Below, piece after piece: positions 24,933 through 28,612 of a DNA stretch of 28,612 bases. The DNA lies in the NCBI GenBank assembly GCA_964615185.1, contig CAZTOS010000025.1, positions 1-28,612 on the forward strand, written 5' to 3'. Every line of letters starts with the position of its first letter. The first letter of the stretch is position 1. The position numbers and the translations under genes were made by a program. Below the pieces are notes generated by a model. It saw only the letters and a program-made list of their open reading frames with translations. It was not told the origin of the DNA and searched no databases. The DNA is from an uncultured Thermococci archaeon (lineage in GTDB: Archaea > Methanobacteriota_B > Thermococci > Thermococcales > Thermococcaceae).

Positions 24933-26054
24933 ATGGATCCAGAATTAGTAGGGTTGTACAAAAAGCTGTTTGAAAGAAAACTTCAAAAAAAGCTAATCTT
25001 GGATGAAAAGGACGGCGTCGTTTTCAATCCCGGAGTTTACCGCACCGAGGATGGAAAGTACTACTTGTATGCAAGGACTTCAACCCATCACGTTAATTAC
25101 ACCTCTTGGATACGTTTATACGAATCAGATGATGGCATTAACTTCAAGAAAACCAGAGAATTCTTCATGTATCCACCATACACGATCCAGGAGTACATTT
25201 ATGGGTTTGAAGACGACAGGTGCTCGAAAATTGGGGAATGGTGGGTTCATACTCATTCAACATTACTTGCAAATGATACAGAATCACCCTCAAGAAAGAA
25301 TTACAGCGACTACATCGGAGTTTCTCTCGGAAAGAGACCAGATGAAGCCCTGTTCGTTGGAATAGTCGACATTCCCGATGATAAAAACTCAGCCTTAATT
25401 GGAGATGCACCTTGGCTAATTCATAGACCATTAAAGTGGAGCCTTCCCCCATGCATATGGTATGGGGACTTTAACAAAGGATTCACACAAGCAACCTCCC
25501 TCTACCCCAAAGCAAAAGCCGGAGAACTACCCTATGAAAGCCTTATAAGAATAAAGCCTCCGGAAAATAACAGAATTCTGCTTGCACCTCTTGAGGAATG
25601 GGGAGTGTTCAAGATTGGACTTGGAGCGCAGCCAGTTTATATTGGAAACTCCCGGTATCTCTTTACAGTCCATGTGAGAAGCATTCCGTATCAGTATTGG
25701 ATTACAGCGGGTATTTTGAGAGCAGACAAAGAGTTAAAACTTGAAAAGCTCTTACCCTTCCCCATATGCATTCCGGACACTCCATGGGAGATAATAGGGG
25801 ATGTTCCAAAAGTATGCTTCATATGCGGTGCTACACTTGCTGATGGAACGTTCGAAGGATGGTATGGAGCTGCAGACACAAGGATAATGAAGTTTGAGAT
25901 TGACCTTGACTATTTACTTTCAGTTATCGAGGAGTATGGCATTACCGAGGAAAAGATAAATGAAAACATTGAAAAGTATGTAAAAGAAAACAGAGACAAG
26001 CTGATAGGTAACGAGCTTATTGATCAGGAATGGTTGCATGCAATTCTCCAATGA
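24933..26054 (+). CDS. GH130-like beta-mannoside phosphorylase
   Basis: VFNPG, GFEDDR, DKNSAL, IHRP, KIGLGAQP, GDVPKVCFICG, YGAADT. Confidence 0.82.
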   Translation: MDPELVGLYKKLFERKLQKKLILDEKDGVVFNPGVYRTEDGKYYLYARTSTHHVNYTSWIRLYESDDGINFKKTREFFMYPPYTIQEYIYGFEDDRCSKIGEWWVHTHSTLLANDTESPSRKNYSDYIGVSLGKRPDEALFVGIVDIPDDKNSALIGDAPWLIHRPLKWSLPPCIWYGDFNKGFTQATSLYPKAKAGELPYESLIRIKPPENNRILLAPLEEWGVFKIGLGAQPVYIGNSRYLFTVHVRSIPYQYWITAGILRADKELKLEKLLPFPICIPDTPWEIIGDVPKVCFICGATLADGTFEGWYGAADTRIMKFEIDLDYLLSVIEEYGITEEKINENIEKYVKENRDKLIGNELIDQEWLHAILQ

Positions 26055-26067
26055 TTTCCTTCTTTTT

Positions 26068-26916
26068 CTATTTTGCACACTGTTTTCCGAGACTTATTAT
26101 GAAAAGCTCAGCATTTCCCTCAATTACAAATCTACCAATCGATCCAGGAACAAGCACATGCTTTGTGCTATCTATGCATATTTTTTCCTGCTTCCCCGTA
26201 ATTATCGCTTTTCCAGTAGTACATACAATAATTATGAATGAGTCAATTAAGAACTCCTTAGACCCTTTTAAATGTATATATTCAATTCTGAAAAATTCTG
26301 TATTTAGGGGCTTATCTCTTATTGAACCCAAGAGTAATTCATTCAAGCTTCTTTTCTTTACAACTTTTTTTGCTTTGTCAAGATGCAACTCCCTCCCCCT
26401 GCCAAAGTCATATACTCTGTATGTGATGTTCGAGTTTGTAGACACCTCCAGTACCTTTGTTCCTGCACCTAATGCATGCAATGTTCCAGAGGGGATGTTT
26501 ATTGAATCCAGCTTTCTAACATTCACCTTATGCATCTTTTTGATAACATCCCCTTCCAGCTCAGAAAAATCGCCTTCAAAACCTAAATATACAAAGCCCC
26601 TATCTGAGAGAACTACCCATGCCTCCTCCTTCCCATGGTCATTTTCTCCAAGCTTTTTAGCGTCTTCCTCTGATGGATGAACCTGAACACTTAGAGTTTC
26701 ATTTGGGTCTATTATTTTTACAAGAATTGGGAAATCGGAGCACTCAACGTTGCCAAGTATGTACTCTTTATGTTTTTTCAATAAATCCAAAAAATTATAC
26801 TCCTTACCTCTTACCTCAACAACTGATGGATTCTCTGGATGTGCTGAAAAAATCCATGTTTCAGTGCCCCATACCTTTTTTATAACGTCTCCAGAGTGCT
26901 CTATAAACTCGAACAT
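26068..26916 (-). CDS. manA: Type I mannose-6-phosphate isomerase (cupin)
   Basis: PILVKIID, LSVQVHP, KEEAW, GTLHA, TYRVYDFGR. RBS GGTGA before ATG 26916. Confidence 0.9.
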   Translation of the reverse strand: MFEFIEHSGDVIKKVWGTETWIFSAHPENPSVVEVRGKEYNFLDLLKKHKEYILGNVECSDFPILVKIIDPNETLSVQVHPSEEDAKKLGENDHGKEEAWVVLSDRGFVYLGFEGDFSELEGDVIKKMHKVNVRKLDSINIPSGTLHALGAGTKVLEVSTNSNITYRVYDFGRGRELHLDKAKKVVKKRSLNELLLGSIRDKPLNTEFFRIEYIHLKGSKEFLIDSFIIIVCTTGKAIITGKQEKICIDSTKHVLVPGSIGRFVIEGNAELFIISLGKQCAK

Positions 26917-26924
26917 AATTTTCA

Positions 26925-26962
26925 CCAAAAGTTTTATAAAAATTCAGCTTATATAACTTTCG
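26925..26962. promoter_or_regulatory. Overlapping divergent BRE/TATA promoters
   Basis: Plus strand CAAAAG-TTTTATAAA (26926-26940). Minus strand GAAAG-TTATATAAG (about 26948-26962). Confidence 0.55.
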
Positions 26963-26985
26963 ATTTCATATATGGGGGGAGTACC

Positions 26986-28008
26986 ATGCTTATATATGAT
27001 ATACCGGAAGTTAAAAGGGAGAACAAAACCAAAGATATTGTAAAAAGAACCGGAGTCCTATCTGCAAGCAACCTACATCTTACCAACTACCCAGGAAAAC
27101 CCGTGGCTATCTTCAACCCAGGACTGCTTATTGAAGAGGACGCACTAACCGTATATGCAAGGATGGTTACTGGATATTTTATGCATCCATACTCGAGTGC
27201 AATTGTTGAATTTAAAATACCCATAGAGGAGTTAGACGAAGTCTCCAGAAAAAGATATGAAGGCAAGTTAGTAATCATTCCAGATACGGAGTACGACATG
27301 TGGGGAGTAGAAGATCCACGAGCTACAATTGTTAATGGTGAAAAGGTTCTTGTATACTGTGGACTGACCAAAAGGTATTACACTGAAAAAGTATTTAGGA
27401 ATCTCCCAGTGGCTGCCGTTTATAAAGATGGAACTTGGAAAAAGATAGGAGCATTTAAAGTTAAAGGGGTAAAAGTCGTTGGAGATAAAGATGCATTTCT
27501 CGCCGAAATGAATGGACTAAAAATGTTTCAAAGACCAACAATTAGGGAAAATGGAACAACCAGAGATTTATGTGTAATCAGTGAAGTTCCAGAAAATATT
27601 TTTGAGACTTCTGAACCAAAGGAGATTGAGACATACAATGGAACTGTTCCAATAGACAAAGAAAAATTTGAATACAAAATTGGCTGGGGAACCCCACCGC
27701 TTAAAGTTGGAAAAGATGAATACCTTCTAATTCTCCATGCCGCAGACATGGACGCTGTATATAAAGCATTTGCAGTGCTCATGAATGACAAAGGAAAGAT
27801 AACTGCAGTTACGCCTCACTATATAATGGAACCTCAAGAAATCTATGAAAAATACGGGGACAGACCCCATGTTGTCTTCCCCACAGGAATAGCCCAGCTT
27901 GATGACGAAATCATCATAGCATACGGAGCCGCTGACAGCTTCATTGGAATTGGAAAAATAGACTTCAGCGAGATAATGTCAATTTTGGATTCCAATAGAG
28001 TTTATTGA
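26986..28008 (+). CDS. GH130 beta-mannoside phosphorylase-like protein
   Basis: IFNPG, GVEDPR, DKDAF, FQRP, KIGWGTPP, LHA, YEKYGDRPHVVFPTG, YGAAD. Confidence 0.88.
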   Translation: MLIYDIPEVKRENKTKDIVKRTGVLSASNLHLTNYPGKPVAIFNPGLLIEEDALTVYARMVTGYFMHPYSSAIVEFKIPIEELDEVSRKRYEGKLVIIPDTEYDMWGVEDPRATIVNGEKVLVYCGLTKRYYTEKVFRNLPVAAVYKDGTWKKIGAFKVKGVKVVGDKDAFLAEMNGLKMFQRPTIRENGTTRDLCVISEVPENIFETSEPKEIETYNGTVPIDKEKFEYKIGWGTPPLKVGKDEYLLILHAADMDAVYKAFAVLMNDKGKITAVTPHYIMEPQEIYEKYGDRPHVVFPTGIAQLDDEIIIAYGAADSFIGIGKIDFSEIMSILDSNRVY

Positions 28009-28013
28009 TATCT

Positions 28014-28214
28014 CTATTTCTCTATTTTCCTCTTTTTTGCATCTTTGTATTGAAGAGCAGAAATTCCTATGATGAACAATAATAACAGGGATATCCCTAT
28101 GACATTAGCATAAAATGCTGGTTCACCTTGTTTAAGAAAGGGCATTACAATAAGGCCCAGTATTAAAAATAAAAGAGCGGAAGCCAACAAGGATTTATAC
28201 AGCATTGGATGCAT
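28014..28214 (-). CDS. Small two-TM membrane protein
   Basis: Two hydrophobic helices and a basic tail. RBS GGGTGA, directly downstream of the ABC ATPase. Confidence 0.7.
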   Translation of the reverse strand: MHPMLYKSLLASALLFLILGLIVMPFLKQGEPAFYANVIGISLLLLFIIGISALQYKDAKKRKIEK

Positions 28215-28218
28215 AAAA

Positions 28219-28559
28219 TCACCCTTGATACAGATGACACGCCACATAGTGTCCAGGGCTAACTTCCTTTAATTCTGGTTCAATCTTACTGCAAATCTCT
28301 GTTGAATATGGACACCTGGTATGAAACTTGCATCCACTTGGTGGATTTAATGGACTGGGAATATCCAGACTTTTGAGCTTCAATGGCTTCCTTTTTCTTG
28401 AGAGTTCTGGATCTGCCACAGGAACCGAGGATATTAGAGCCTTGGTATATGGATGCAATGGATTCTGAATAACTTCCTCAGCAGCAGCTACTTCTGCGAT
28501 TTTTCCGAGGTACATAACGGCTATTGAACCCCCTCCTTTCGCTGAAAAATACCGAGCTG
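28219..28559 (-). CDS. 3' part of an Opp/Dpp-family ABC ATPase (OppF/DppF-like), 5'-truncated
   Basis: AARYF...[32 protein letters not shown]...C...VACH. Cut by the terminal repeat just after the expected HDL switch motif. Confidence 0.9.
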
Positions 28560-28612
28560 CCGTTCTGCCTACCCGTTAAGAGCGTGTAGTGTGTTAATTT
28601 CATAGCGGGTAG
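28560..28612. repeat. Right terminal copy of the hairpin-containing repeat
   Basis: Exact reverse complement of positions 3-55. Confidence 0.95.

Noticed and set aside
603..27791. Many 60-220 aa antisense or shifted-frame ORFs in the track (e.g. 2866-3420, 13906-14481, 15866-16411, 26030-26680)
   Set aside because: They shadow well-supported genes and show no motifs or RBS.
1..28612. Whole window as one TIR-bounded transposon, casposon or linear replicon
   Set aside because: No intact transposase, Cas1, polymerase or Rep gene. Both ends cut ordinary genes, which fits two independent insertions or contig breaks better.
1..28612. CRISPR array, tRNA or rRNA genes
   Set aside because: No regularly spaced repeats or cloverleaf/rRNA-like GC-rich stretches seen.

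Overview
Thermococcales-type archaeal chromosomal segment (about 40% GC by eye, GGTGA-type RBS, BRE/TATA promoters, Pyrococcus-like proteins). Left to right: (1) Co/Ni ECF transporter cbiM(3' part)-PDGLE-cbiQ-cbiO plus a hypothetical gene; (2) a DUF318-like permease pair, one frameshifted; (3) the mannosylglycerate-type operon mpgP-manC-hyp-pmm with no mpgS; (4) a PhnP-like metallo-beta-lactamase; (5) a 7-gene minus-strand operon that joins clear homologues of Thermotoga inositol enzymes IolM and IolN to two more Zn-dehydrogenases, a split UxaA-family dehydratase, a KdgK-like kinase and a DapA-family aldolase, preceded by an Lrp/RAM regulator pair; (6) a ~4.7 kb decay hotspot with a GH38 fragment, a deaminase/GH1 chimera, IS5, IS6 and IS605-like remnants, an intact APC permease-MBL operon and an IS6-derived mini-element; (7) a beta-mannoside locus (GH1, three GH130-like proteins, type I PMI, 3' end of an Opp/Dpp ATPase). 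Both window ends carry the same hairpin-forming 53-55 bp sequence in inverted orientation, each interrupting a gene next to a shared target-like motif. The best candidates for an undescribed system are the IolO-independent archaeal inositol catabolic route and the terminal element. Family assignments come from motifs and recalled homologue sequences, not database searches.
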